Source: Vibrio vulnificus CMCP6
GTDB taxonomy: Bacteria; Pseudomonadota; Gammaproteobacteria; Enterobacterales; Vibrionaceae
NCBI RefSeq assembly: GCF_000039765.1
Contig: NC_004460.2
Coordinates: 1,110,001 to 1,142,000, forward strand
DNA length: 32,000 nt
Reading direction: 5' to 3'
The notes under the pieces are model-generated. The model did not search any database, was not told the origin of the DNA, and saw nothing but the letters and a program-made list of their open reading frames with translations. The translations under genes and the position numbers were made by a program. Of the stretch, positions 9,907-19,083 are shown in pieces; the first letter of the stretch is position 1, and each line of letters starts with the position of its first letter.

Positions 9907-10164
9907 ATGAACCCGATTCTAGCAATGTTGAAAGAGAACAATATCAGCGACGAGCAAATCAACGAGCTATTTCAAACCCTAACGCAGAACCCACTGGCCG
10001 CTATGGCAACCATCATGCAACTTGGTTTACCTCAAGAGCAACTGCAAATGCTGATGGCGCAAGTGATGCAAAATCCTGCGCTGATTAAAGAAGCCGTGGA
10101 AGAACTTGGGCTTGATTTCTCTAAAGTGGAAGAAGCGAAAGCAAAACTGCAACAGCCTCAATAA
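9907..10164 (+). CDS. Small helical hypothetical protein (85 aa)
   Basis: ATG at 9907 after AAAGGA. The ORF is clean and followed by a terminator. No catalytic motif is recognised. Confidence 0.55.
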   Translation: MNPILAMLKENNISDEQINELFQTLTQNPLAAMATIMQLGLPQEQLQMLMAQVMQNPALIKEAVEELGLDFSKVEEAKAKLQQPQ

Positions 10165-10194
10165 ACCACCACTGTTCAGGCTGCTGAGTAATAG

Positions 10195-10221
10195 AAAGCG
10201 GCCTGAAACAGCCGCTTTTTG
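10195..10221. terminator. Bidirectional rho-independent terminator
   Basis: gaaAGCGGC-ctgaaaca-GCCGCTtttt, lying between convergent genes. Confidence 0.75.
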
Positions 10222-10240
10222 CCATACCCCAGAGTCGATG

Positions 10241-11593
10241 TTATTCCGAAAGGCTCTCTTCTCCTTCCACCGAAACGACAGCCGATTCTGCAACATTGAC
10301 GCTTGAGGTCGCCAATGGCGTCACCGCTGAACATTGGCATTCCTGACCTTTGGCTTTGCTGTTTTTATGGGGTGCATACCAATCTTTCAGTCCATTTTCT
10401 AAGCGCGTTGCCGCCGCTTTCGGTGCCATTTTACCAAGCAGCACCGCTTGGCTTACTTCCGCCAGCTCATCCCCTAGCTTAGGCTGACCACGGGAGAGAA
10501 TTTGCGTGGCCACACGTATGGTGGAATCACATTGGTCGCGCCATTCCATCATTTCACGCGCCGCAGGATTGCTCACCTCAAAGAAGTGGTTTGAAAGCGA
10601 GAAAAAGCCCGGCAAAGAGTTGGTATAAAGCTCTGCAAACTGTGGCGTGGTCAGCCATTGCAAAAAGGCCATCGCCGCTTGCGGATTCTTACTGGCCGGA
10701 TTCATCCCCATGCCGATGTCGGTATGGTCAGTGAAAAAACAGCCATCGCCCTGATTGGCGACCGGTGGCGGCATCACGCCAAAGTCGAGTTTGTCGGTAA
10801 AAGGGGCGATCTCCCACGAGCCTGCGACATAAAACGCCGCCTTGCCGGAAGTAAACAGGTCATTGGTGGCCCCATAATCTCGGTTTTCCCCACCCGTTCC
10901 TAAGTAGCGACGCCAACGCGCCAGTTCTTCAAACACCTGCACGTATTGTCCATCATCTAAACGCTCTTGACCATTAATCAGCGCTAAGCGGCCATCTTCA
11001 CCTTTCCAGTAATTCGGCCCAATGTTTTGAAAGCCCAATTCGGACGACACCCAACTCTCGCTGCCGCTCATCGCCAAAGGTACATAACGCCCATCTGCTT
11101 TCACTTTGTCGAGGACAGAGAAAAATTGCTCACGCGTTTTTGGCACACTCAAACCAAGCTGATTGAAAATCTGCTTGTTATAAAAGAAACCGTGAATCAC
11201 CGATGCCATTGGTACACAAAACGTTTGCGCGCCAGAATCGGTTTGCCAAGGTGCTTGTGCAAAGCTCGGGAAATTCTCCATCCCAGCCATTTCGGTAATC
11301 TCGGCCAGATGCCCCGCTTTAAAGAGCGCTAAGGAATCATCAAAAGGACGGCAAGTAATTAAATCACCCGCTTTGCCTGCTTTAAGGTTTTCCCACAACG
11401 TCGGCATGTAGTTGACGTTTTTCACAGGACGAAAGGTCACTTTGATGCCCGGATGTGAAGCTTCAAACGCTGGAATGATTTTCTGCTCCCACAGCGCCTT
11501 GTCATCCGCTCGCCAACTTTCAATCACCAACTCACTTGCTATGACTTGGCTACACACTAGGAGACCCAGCGCTCCAATCCACTTGTTGATCAT
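10241..11593 (-). CDS. Periplasmic solute-binding protein, ABC family-1 (sugar/oligosaccharide type); orphan, with no permease or ATPase adjacent
   Basis: Signal peptide MINKWIGALGLLVCSQVIA. The roughly 400 aa body is typical of SBP_bac_1 (for example ...DLFTSGKAAFYVAGSWE...). There is an unusual roughly 40 aa Cys/Ser/Glu-rich C-terminal tail. AGGAGG overlaps the upstream MCP stop. Confidence 0.82.
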   Translation of the reverse strand: MINKWIGALGLLVCSQVIASELVIESWRADDKALWEQKIIPAFEASHPGIKVTFRPVKNVNYMPTLWENLKAGKAGDLITCRPFDDSLALFKAGHLAEITEMAGMENFPSFAQAPWQTDSGAQTFCVPMASVIHGFFYNKQIFNQLGLSVPKTREQFFSVLDKVKADGRYVPLAMSGSESWVSSELGFQNIGPNYWKGEDGRLALINGQERLDDGQYVQVFEELARWRRYLGTGGENRDYGATNDLFTSGKAAFYVAGSWEIAPFTDKLDFGVMPPPVANQGDGCFFTDHTDIGMGMNPASKNPQAAMAFLQWLTTPQFAELYTNSLPGFFSLSNHFFEVSNPAAREMMEWRDQCDSTIRVATQILSRGQPKLGDELAEVSQAVLLGKMAPKAAATRLENGLKDWYAPHKNSKAKGQECQCSAVTPLATSSVNVAESAVVSVEGEESLSE

Positions 11594-11601
11594 ACGCCCT
11601 C

Positions 11602-13587
11602 CTAAACCTTGAAATGTGCAATCAGTTGTTGCTGTTTGGCCGCTAAATCCGCCAACACTTCGCTGCTGCTGGCCGACTCTCTCGCTTCACGCTCTGTCTC
11701 GTGCGCCACTTCTGAAATGCCCGTCACGTGGTGTGCAACGCTCTGGCTCACTAAAATCTGCTCTTGTGCGGCATGCGCCACTTGATCGGCCATCTCTTTG
11801 ATCGCGCTCATGCGCTCGGCGATCGATTGCAGCGCCGTGTCCATCTCTCGCGTCTGCTCCACACAAGTTCGCGTTTGATCTTGGCTGCGTCCCATCACCT
11901 CAACCACTTCCTTACTGGAGTGCTGAAGGTTCTCAATCATTTTCTGGATCTCTTCGGTTGAGGTTTGCGTGCGTGTTGCGAGGGCACGAACTTCATCGGC
12001 CACCACCGCAAAACCGCGCCCTGCATCCCCCGCACGCGCCGCTTCGATCGCCGCGTTGAGTGCCAGTAAGTTGGTTTGCTCCGCGATGCCACGAATCACG
12101 TCCAAAATGCTGCCAATGTTGTTACTGAACTCACCCAGCTTGTGCGTGATACCCACAGCGGCTTCCATGTCATGAGCCAGCTGCTCGGTGATTTTGCGCG
12201 TGTTGGCCACTTTCTGGCGGCCACTTTTCGCTTCGGCATCGGCACGATCCACTTCATCTTTCGCCCCATCGGTGGAGCGAGCCACCTCAGTTGCGCTCAC
12301 CTCTAGCTCGGTAATTGCCGCAGCCACTTGATCTGTCTGGCTTTTCTGCTCTTGCACCCGCGCCATGGCCCGCTCGCTGATTTCCGCCGAACGGCTCGCT
12401 TCATCCACTAAGTGACGAGAACCGGCGGTAATTTGCGACAATAATTCCCCCGTTTTGTCCGCCAACATGTCAATGGAGCGTGAAAGCTCACCAAACTCAC
12501 AGCCCGTTTGATAATTGATGCGCCGCGTCATATCCCCTTTGGCCATGTAGGCGAGCTCTTTGTTGATCTTCTGTAGTGGGTTTTTGATGCTCATTGCGGT
12601 GGTATAACCGATGATCAAAGCCACGGCGGCAGAAATCGCCGAGACCGCCATGATCCAGAAGTTGGCACTGCTCACCGCTTCATCCGCCAACGTTCGGCTT
12701 CTCTCTGCAATGGTGCCCGCCGCTCTGGCCATGTCATCCAATTTTGCCAAGCTGTTGGAAAGGCTGGTATCCACCTGCTGGTTTTGAATCACAAGATCGT
12801 TTTCCAGTTGCTGAGCTCGGCGCATGGTTTCAAGTAAGCCTTGCTTACCCAGCGCCAGCTCTTGCAAGCGATTGAGGTTCGCCACATAGCGTGCTTTGAC
12901 ATCTTCTGGCACTAATACGCGCTCAAGGCGTTTACGCGCCATCTCAATATCTTTACTCAGTACCTTCTCGAGTGCATTGAGATCGGTTTTAGCGTCGGCA
13001 CGGCGAATATTTTTCAGATCTCGCGCAATCCCAGAGGTGATCAATTCCGCTTTATTGCGCATGGAGCGTTGGCTAGAGCTCTGTTGCAAAAGCAAATCCG
13101 CTGCCCATTGGTAAGTATCTTCAAGACGAATAAACGCAATTTCGAGCTCACGACGTTTGACTAAGGCATCCACCCACTCGCCATGTTTCGCCAGCACCTT
13201 ATCCGAATCGGCGTAAAACTGATTGGTTGCCTGCAACACTTGCTGGAACTGCGCTTGGCTTTCTTCTGCCGAGGTAAACTGGTTCATCTCTTGGCTTAAC
13301 TCACGAAAACGTGCCTGCTGAGATTTAAATCGACTCGAGAGTTGTGGCAACTCTGCCGCCTCCTCGCTGGCTCGATACTCCAAAACCCAGCGGTTACTCT
13401 CTTGCAGTGCTTCCTTCAGCCCAGCGACCGCCACCACCAAGGGTGTCGCGCGATCAGAAACTTCAGACAAACCGTCATTAATCCCTTGAATTTTAAGGGT
13501 ACTGATGACCCCCAACAGGATGAGCAAAAGGAGCATTAACACGAATCCAGCGGAGATCCGCTGCACGATAGATAAGCTCATGAACAT
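11602..13587 (-). CDS. Methyl-accepting chemotaxis protein with a large (about 275 aa) all-helical periplasmic sensor domain
   Basis: TM1 is around residues 10-32 and TM2 around residues 308-330, followed by a HAMP domain. The conserved signalling hairpin is ...[37 protein letters not shown]... Confidence 0.93.
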   Translation of the reverse strand: MFMSLSIVQRISAGFVLMLLLLILLGVISTLKIQGINDGLSEVSDRATPLVVAVAGLKEALQESNRWVLEYRASEEAAELPQLSSRFKSQQARFRELSQEMNQFTSAEESQAQFQQVLQATNQFYADSDKVLAKHGEWVDALVKRRELEIAFIRLEDTYQWAADLLLQQSSSQRSMRNKAELITSGIARDLKNIRRADAKTDLNALEKVLSKDIEMARKRLERVLVPEDVKARYVANLNRLQELALGKQGLLETMRRAQQLENDLVIQNQQVDTSLSNSLAKLDDMARAAGTIAERSRTLADEAVSSANFWIMAVSAISAAVALIIGYTTAMSIKNPLQKINKELAYMAKGDMTRRINYQTGCEFGELSRSIDMLADKTGELLSQITAGSRHLVDEASRSAEISERAMARVQEQKSQTDQVAAAITELEVSATEVARSTDGAKDEVDRADAEAKSGRQKVANTRKITEQLAHDMEAAVGITHKLGEFSNNIGSILDVIRGIAEQTNLLALNAAIEAARAGDAGRGFAVVADEVRALATRTQTSTEEIQKMIENLQHSSKEVVEVMGRSQDQTRTCVEQTREMDTALQSIAERMSAIKEMADQVAHAAQEQILVSQSVAHHVTGISEVAHETEREARESASSSEVLADLAAKQQQLIAHFKV

Positions 13588-14104
13588 ATCCTCACTGATG
13601 CATGAAAAGATAAATTAAACATAGTTGTGATTTGCCAAACTGGTGGGAAGAAGATCAAGATTTGTGATGTTTGAGAGTGTTGGTAAGAGAAGGGTTATTA
13701 CAACGAAAGCTTACACGGTAAGAGAAGGACGTCGACTAGCTCTTCTAATGATTTGTTTATTTTATACTGCCAATTATCAACACGCTTTATGATCAGATGA
13801 TAGCCATCATTGCTCAACAATAAAGCAAGTTATGCAATTTTACGCTGACGAAAAATCCACCTCTTCAAAAAAAATCATTCATAGACAATAAAAAACAAGC
13901 GAAGCGAATTTCCTCTCGAATTTTAGTTATTAGATCTACGTTCATAACATCATTCAACGTTAGCTTTTTCTAATTTTCAAACCTGAGAAAAATACAGATA
14001 TATATGCCCGTTCAATCATATTTATCTTGCTGATGATAACCATTCGCATAATAATCATAAGGTCATGTTTTAATGGCATTTTTTAAGAGAGATTAATAAA
14101 GAAA

Positions 14105-14833
14105 ATGAAAAAATATTTAAGCTTGTTAATGACAATAACATTGTCAATCGCATTATCGGGCTGTAATGGTTCTTCTGATTCTTCATCAGAGTTAGCAGAA
14201 AGTTACGATGGTGTTTATAAAGATAAAAACGGGGAGTCGCTTTTTTATAGCTCGAATGAAGATGCGATCTATTTATATAGACCACCACAACAATACAAGG
14301 ATGGTTATATTAGCAGCTCAAATCGTAGCATTGTGGTCGACAACAATTTAATTGGTCCTTATATAGATACGAACCATTTCGTGAAATCGGAACTTGGCGA
14401 CTACTATCATTACCAAAACTCCACCGTTCAGTTTCATTTTTCAAAGGGTAATGTGTCCGCACTAGTCAAAGATGAGGGTGACAGAACACTTGTTGACACC
14501 ACGTACACCAAACTGCCAACACTCGCTGATTTTGATCTGATGTATCAAAGCTATGCGGATTGGGAGCGTATGACACTCATCTTCTCTAATGATGATCGTA
14601 TGTTTGCTCAATTGGACTTTATGCTGACGTGCCAATTAAATGCTGATGTAAAGAGGATGTCGAACTTCTATCGTGTCTCTAATGGTGCAATAACCTGCAA
14701 TGATCCAAACGATCCACGTATCGACTCAAATATGCACGGCGTTATCTATAAGGTGGCGGAAGACAGCCGAGCTATCGTCATTGTGCAAGGAAAACGTTGG
14801 ACATATCGTACGACTTTCCAAACCGTTTATTAA
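14105..14833 (+). CDS. Hypothetical lipoprotein (AT-rich gene)
   Basis: Lipobox LSIALSG-C at residues 14-20. A hand-counted 60-nt sample gives about 35% GC. A terminator follows directly. Confidence 0.72.
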   Translation: MKKYLSLLMTITLSIALSGCNGSSDSSSELAESYDGVYKDKNGESLFYSSNEDAIYLYRPPQQYKDGYISSSNRSIVVDNNLIGPYIDTNHFVKSELGDYYHYQNSTVQFHFSKGNVSALVKDEGDRTLVDTTYTKLPTLADFDLMYQSYADWERMTLIFSNDDRMFAQLDFMLTCQLNADVKRMSNFYRVSNGAITCNDPNDPRIDSNMHGVIYKVAEDSRAIVIVQGKRWTYRTTFQTVY

Positions 14834-14836
14834 TCG

Positions 14837-14858
14837 AAAAGGGGCATCAGCCCCTTTT
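14837..14858. terminator. Bidirectional rho-independent terminator
   Basis: aaaaGGGGC-atca-GCCCCtttt between convergent genes. Confidence 0.8.
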
Positions 14859-14899
14859 CATATTCTTATCTTTACTCTGTCTTTCACACCAAGCTCAGA

Positions 14900-15385
14900 T
14901 TACTCATCACGCAGCAAAGCTTTTGCGAGTAAAGAAAGCGCTGCCGAAAGTAACACAATGTCTTTAAGCAAGAATTGTCCCGGCACAACCGAAATGGCAG
15001 GGAATCCGCCTAGGCTCGCTTCAGCAATAGGAGCAGTAAACAAGAAGCTGGTTGTTACAGCAAAAGTCAATGTTGCGCTGGCGGCTCCAAGTATCGCAAA
15101 GCCACGATGAACTGGGGCTAACAGTAGCGCAACCGCCGTCGCCACTTCCACAAAACCAATGAGGTTTGATGCGCCTTGCAAGCTAAACACGCTATACAAC
15201 CAGCTAGTCAGAGGGCTTGAAGCCACTAAACCTTCAATAGCACCCGCTTCGTAGCTGGTAAACTTCATCGCCCCTATCCATGCAAGTACGATGACGATGG
15301 AAAAACGCACCGCTTGATCTGCAAACTGGTTGAGTGAATGGGCAAATTCGCTGCGATTTTGATGAGTATTGATGAGCGTTGACAT
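14900..15385 (-). CDS. DUF417 (YkgB/RclC-like) inner-membrane protein
   Basis: The size, four predicted TM helices and the N-terminal segment ...RFSIVIVLAWIGAMKFTSYEAGAIEGLV... are typical of DUF417. AAAGGAGAA SD. Confidence 0.78.
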   Translation of the reverse strand: MSTLINTHQNRSEFAHSLNQFADQAVRFSIVIVLAWIGAMKFTSYEAGAIEGLVASSPLTSWLYSVFSLQGASNLIGFVEVATAVALLLAPVHRGFAILGAASATLTFAVTTSFLFTAPIAEASLGGFPAISVVPGQFLLKDIVLLSAALSLLAKALLRDE

Positions 15386-15429
15386 AGTGTTCTCCTTTCA
15401 ATTCTGATTTTTATTCAATAGGTAATGAT

Positions 15430-15699
15430 TTAGTGACGGATTGCTTGGCTACGTAGAATCTTCTCAAATCGGCCTTTTCGGATTGCTGTGATAAGGTCTT
15501 GATTCCCGCCAACATGCACATCGCCGACAAAAATTTGCGGCACCGTTCTGCGTTGGCTGCGATTTAGCATCTCGTTAAACAGTGCTTGGTCATCGCTGAC
15601 TTCGATTTCTCGATAAACCAACCCCATGCTCGCCAAGGTCTGTTTGGCTGCTTTACAGTGTGGGCAGTAGCTTTTGGTGTAGATTTCAATCTTTGGCAT
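15430..15699 (-). CDS. Glutaredoxin (CPHC active site)
   Basis: YCPHC redox motif plus TVPQIFVGDVHVGGNQDL (Grx GSH-binding signature). 89 aa. Confidence 0.9.
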   Translation of the reverse strand: MPKIEIYTKSYCPHCKAAKQTLASMGLVYREIEVSDDQALFNEMLNRSQRRTVPQIFVGDVHVGGNQDLITAIRKGRFEKILRSQAIRH

Positions 15700-15813
15700 G
15701 GTCTTGCTCCCGTGTGTTTCGCTATGGGTTTAATTTAGCGCTTGCCACTCGTACTATCTATGCACAATAATCTTGAATTAATACATCGATCGTATATTCA
15801 TAGGAGGCAATAC

Positions 15814-16662
15814 ATGGAAGTGATGAGCGATATTCTTCGAGCAATACGCGTTGTCGGCAGTGTGTATTTTTGCAGTCAGGTCGAAGCACCGTGGACCAAA
15901 ACCTTCAACGATTTGGATCACGCCAGCTTTCACATGATCCGCCGTGGTGCCTGTTGGGCCAATGTGGATGGGCGTATCGAACAGCTGAACGCGGGCGATC
16001 TTATCTTTCTCGGCCCCGGGCAAAATCACCTTCTCTCCAGTCAATCACCTGAAAAAGGGAAATCCGATTTAACCGAATCGACACTGCTTTTATGTGGTTC
16101 CTTTAGCTTTACACGCACAGCGACCACACCGCTGCTGGATGTATTTCCGCGCGTCACCATCGTTCGTGATCAAGATTTGGCGAAATACCCTTGGCTACGC
16201 AGCACCTTTGACCAATTAAGTTCAGAGTATCTTTCACAAGGGCCTGGTTCAGAGCTTATCGTCAATAAGCTCACCGAAATCATTTTGGTCGAGCTGATTC
16301 GGATTAATTTTGGACGTGAGCAAACCAGTCCCTTTTTGGAAGCACTCAACGACAAACGCATCTCTCGAGCACTGCAGCTTCTCCATGACCATCCGGAAAC
16401 TGGCTGGACATTGGAAACCGTCGCCAATCAAATTGGTATGTCACGCGCGGCATTTGCCAATCGCTTTTCAAGCTTGGTTGGTAAACCGATGTTTGAGTAT
16501 TTAACCAATCTGCGAATGCAAAAAGCACAAGAATTACTACTCGAATCCTTGCTGCCGATTGACGAGATTGCCGAACAAGTAGGGTACGAATCTGAGCGAG
16601 CATTCACACTGACGTTTAAAAAACACACCGGCACCACACCGAAGCGTTTTCGGGCTCAGTAG
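15814..16662 (+). CDS. AraC-family regulator with N-terminal cupin sensor domain (RclR-like architecture)
   Basis: C-terminal double HTH (...GWTLETVANQIGMSRAAFANRFSSLVGKPMFEYL...GYESERAFTLTFKKHTGTTPKRF). ATG at 15814 is preceded by AGGAGG. The upstream extension in the track (15742) is rejected. Confidence 0.88.
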   Translation: MEVMSDILRAIRVVGSVYFCSQVEAPWTKTFNDLDHASFHMIRRGACWANVDGRIEQLNAGDLIFLGPGQNHLLSSQSPEKGKSDLTESTLLLCGSFSFTRTATTPLLDVFPRVTIVRDQDLAKYPWLRSTFDQLSSEYLSQGPGSELIVNKLTEIILVELIRINFGREQTSPFLEALNDKRISRALQLLHDHPETGWTLETVANQIGMSRAAFANRFSSLVGKPMFEYLTNLRMQKAQELLLESLLPIDEIAEQVGYESERAFTLTFKKHTGTTPKRFRAQ

Positions 16663-16699
16663 AGAGCAAATGAATTGTCAAAGCGATAGGATAATGAGA

Positions 16700-16710
16700 G
16701 GCATTGAGGT
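16700..16710. repeat. Left copy of the 11 bp target-site duplication of the IS4 element (GGCATTGAGGT)
   Basis: Identical to 18141-18151 and directly abuts IRL. Confidence 0.9.
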
Positions 16711-18140
16711 TAATGCCGATCAGTTAAGAGATAAATGATCGGTTGAACGATCCTGCAGATGGCTTATAAAGGCTCTAAGTTTCTAAAACTTTGAGCCTTT
16801 TATTTTGCAATTAACTACAGCCCTAACACTCGCCAATCGTTATGCCCCCAATACTGAACAACTTGGAAAACTCAGTGACATTCTTTGCCCTGATTTCATC
16901 AACCAATGCTTAGAAGCTTCTGGTGTGGCCACTATTCGTAAACGTCGTATCCCTCTCGACATGGCCGTTTGGGCGGTCGTTGCTATGTCGCTTTACCGAC
17001 AAGAGCCTTTGTGGTCAATTGTCTCCAAAGCGCAATTAATGTTGCCCGGGAAGCGAAGTCTGGTTGCCCCTAGTGCTATCGTTCAAGCGAGACAACGGCT
17101 CGGGGCTGATGCAATGAAAGAAGTATTTCATCAAAGCCAGAGCTTATGGAATGAAACAGCTGACCATCCGACTTGGTGTGGATTAAAACTCCTCGCTGTC
17201 GATGGCGTGGTATGGCGAACGCCAGACACTAAGGAAAACCGTGATGCGTTTCAATCTGCGTCAAATCAGAATGGTGAAGGTAGCTTTCCTCAGGTGCGTA
17301 TGGTTTGCCAGATGGAGTTGACCAGTCACATGCTGGTCGCCAGTGCTTTCGCGAGTTACAAAACCAATGAGATGATATTGGCGGAACAGTTGATTGAAAC
17401 AACACCAGACTACAGCCTCACAATGTTCGACAGAGGTTTTTACTCTCTTAGCCTTCTTCATCGTTGGGCAAATACAGGTAATGAAAGGCATTGGCTAATG
17501 CCAATGCGCAAGAATACCCAATTTACTGAAGTTAGAAAGCTGGGTCGCAATGATCGGATTGTCGAACTCAAGACAACGCCTCAAGCGAGAAAGAAGTCCC
17601 TGTCACTACCTGAAACCATCGAAGTTCGCCTGATAAAGAAAACTATCAAAGGGAAAGAAGTGAGTATCTTGACCTCGATGACTGATCATCGTCGTTATCC
17701 GCCAGCGGAAATAGCAGAGCTTTACAGTCATAGATGGGAAATCGAAGTGGGATATCGTGAAATGAAGTCTTCACTTCTGAACAACGAGTTCACACTGAGA
17801 AGCAAGAAGCCAGAGATGGTAAAACAAGAACTATGGGGCTTATTACTTAGCTATAACATTATTAGATATCAGATGGTTAACATGGCTAAAGCTGTGCCAG
17901 GCATCTACCCCAACCAACTGAGCTTCACAACGTGTGCTCACTCTATCATTCACGTAATTTTGGGGTTCTGGTTGGAGTCAGCGGGAACAATCCCTAAGCG
18001 CATTACTCACTTGCAAGAGGAGGCGATACACCATGTCTTGTCCATTAAACGAGAAGAGCGGATATATCCGAGAGCAATAAAACCAAAGGCAAAGAAATAC
18101 CCCAATAAAAAAAGCCAGTCAGCTTAACTGACTGGCATTA
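16711..18140 (+). mobile_element. Intact IS4-family (IS4-type) insertion sequence, 1430 bp
   Basis: IRL is TAATGCCGATCAGTTAAG (16711-16728). The reverse complement of IRR (18123-18140) is TAATGCCAGTCAGTTAAG, giving 16/18. There is one transposase ORF and an 11 bp flanking direct repeat. Confidence 0.93.
16805..18127 (+). CDS. IS4-family DDE transposase
   Basis: Collinear with E. coli IS4 InsG as I remember it (RKRRIPLDM..., [49 protein letters not shown] = Y-2-R-3-E-6-K). The only possible start is TTG. The stop lies inside IRR. Confidence 0.93.
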   Translation: MQLTTALTLANRYAPNTEQLGKLSDILCPDFINQCLEASGVATIRKRRIPLDMAVWAVVAMSLYRQEPLWSIVSKAQLMLPGKRSLVAPSAIVQARQRLGADAMKEVFHQSQSLWNETADHPTWCGLKLLAVDGVVWRTPDTKENRDAFQSASNQNGEGSFPQVRMVCQMELTSHMLVASAFASYKTNEMILAEQLIETTPDYSLTMFDRGFYSLSLLHRWANTGNERHWLMPMRKNTQFTEVRKLGRNDRIVELKTTPQARKKSLSLPETIEVRLIKKTIKGKEVSILTSMTDHRRYPPAEIAELYSHRWEIEVGYREMKSSLLNNEFTLRSKKPEMVKQELWGLLLSYNIIRYQMVNMAKAVPGIYPNQLSFTTCAHSIIHVILGFWLESAGTIPKRITHLQEEAIHHVLSIKREERIYPRAIKPKAKKYPNKKSQSA

Positions 18141-18151
18141 GGCATTGAGGT
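18141..18151. repeat. Right copy of the 11 bp target-site duplication (GGCATTGAGGT)
   Basis: Identical to 16700-16710 and directly abuts IRR. Confidence 0.9.
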
Positions 18152-18288
18152 CATTTAATTGTTTCTCTGCTCACCTATTTCATAAGTCGTTACATAACTT
18201 GGCACATTAACGCTTTACATCTGGAGTTGGGGAAGGAACACTGCCCCTCAACGTAAAATCGCAGCCGATAACATAGAGTCAGAAAAAT

Positions 18289-18984
18289 ATGAGTAACACG
18301 ACGGCGAAAAAATCGAATCCCCTTGTCGAGATCCTTTTTAACGTATTTGTCCCTTCATTCATCTTGATGAAATTCAGCGGAGAAGAACACCTAGGAACAG
18401 CACTTGCCCTTGTGGTCGCCTTGTTGTTTCCCATTGTTTATGGTGGCATGGACCTGATCCGCAACAAAAAATTCAACTTCATCTCCGCCCTTGGCTTTGT
18501 CAGTGTATTGCTGACTGGCGGCATCGGTTTGCTGGAACTGGATACAAAATGGCTCGCCCTAAAAGAAGCGTTGATCCCAGGTTTGATCGGCTTCGCGGTA
18601 TTTGGCTCGACCTTTACACGCTACCCGTTAATGCAGAAGATGGTGCTCAACGACACCGTATTGAACCTTGATTTGATCACCCAGCGTCTCAAAGAAAGAG
18701 GCAAAACAGACGCCTTCGAGCGCTGTTTAATGTCGTCCAACTACCTGTTCGCCAGTACCTTTGCTTTTTCTTCTGTGATGAACTATTTCCTTGCCACTTG
18801 GATTGTCACCAGCCCGGCAGGCACCGTGGAATTCAATGAAGAGCTCGGTAAGCTGACCTTATACAGCTACCCCGTGATTGCCATTCCGAGCATGTTGATG
18901 ATGTTTGGTATTTTTTATTACGTTTGGCGCCAGATTCGCTCGATGACATCACTGGAAACCGAGCAGATTTTTCATACGAAATGA
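18289..18984 (+). CDS. Polytopic inner-membrane protein of unknown function (YciB/IspZ-like topology)
   Basis: About 6 hydrophobic helices and no catalytic motif. The family assignment is tentative. Confidence 0.65.
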   Translation: MSNTTAKKSNPLVEILFNVFVPSFILMKFSGEEHLGTALALVVALLFPIVYGGMDLIRNKKFNFISALGFVSVLLTGGIGLLELDTKWLALKEALIPGLIGFAVFGSTFTRYPLMQKMVLNDTVLNLDLITQRLKERGKTDAFERCLMSSNYLFASTFAFSSVMNYFLATWIVTSPAGTVEFNEELGKLTLYSYPVIAIPSMLMMFGIFYYVWRQIRSMTSLETEQIFHTK

Positions 18985-19083
18985 TCTGTAAGTGGGATTG
19001 TTTACTGAGCCTAACGGGATGGCGGCAGCCAAAGCCTCATCCACGGGCTAAACGCGGTAAATAATCCCCAATTTTCACCCAAC

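Noticed and set aside
11616-13539. Series of 61-76 aa plus-strand ORFs inside the MCP gene, with similar antisense ORFs inside the decarboxylase (375-1567), the sulfatase (3433-4914) and the SBP (10658-11332)
   Set aside because: All are antisense to long genes with strong family signatures. Their products are Arg/Ser/Leu-rich, which is typical of reverse-frame translation, and no RBSs are present.
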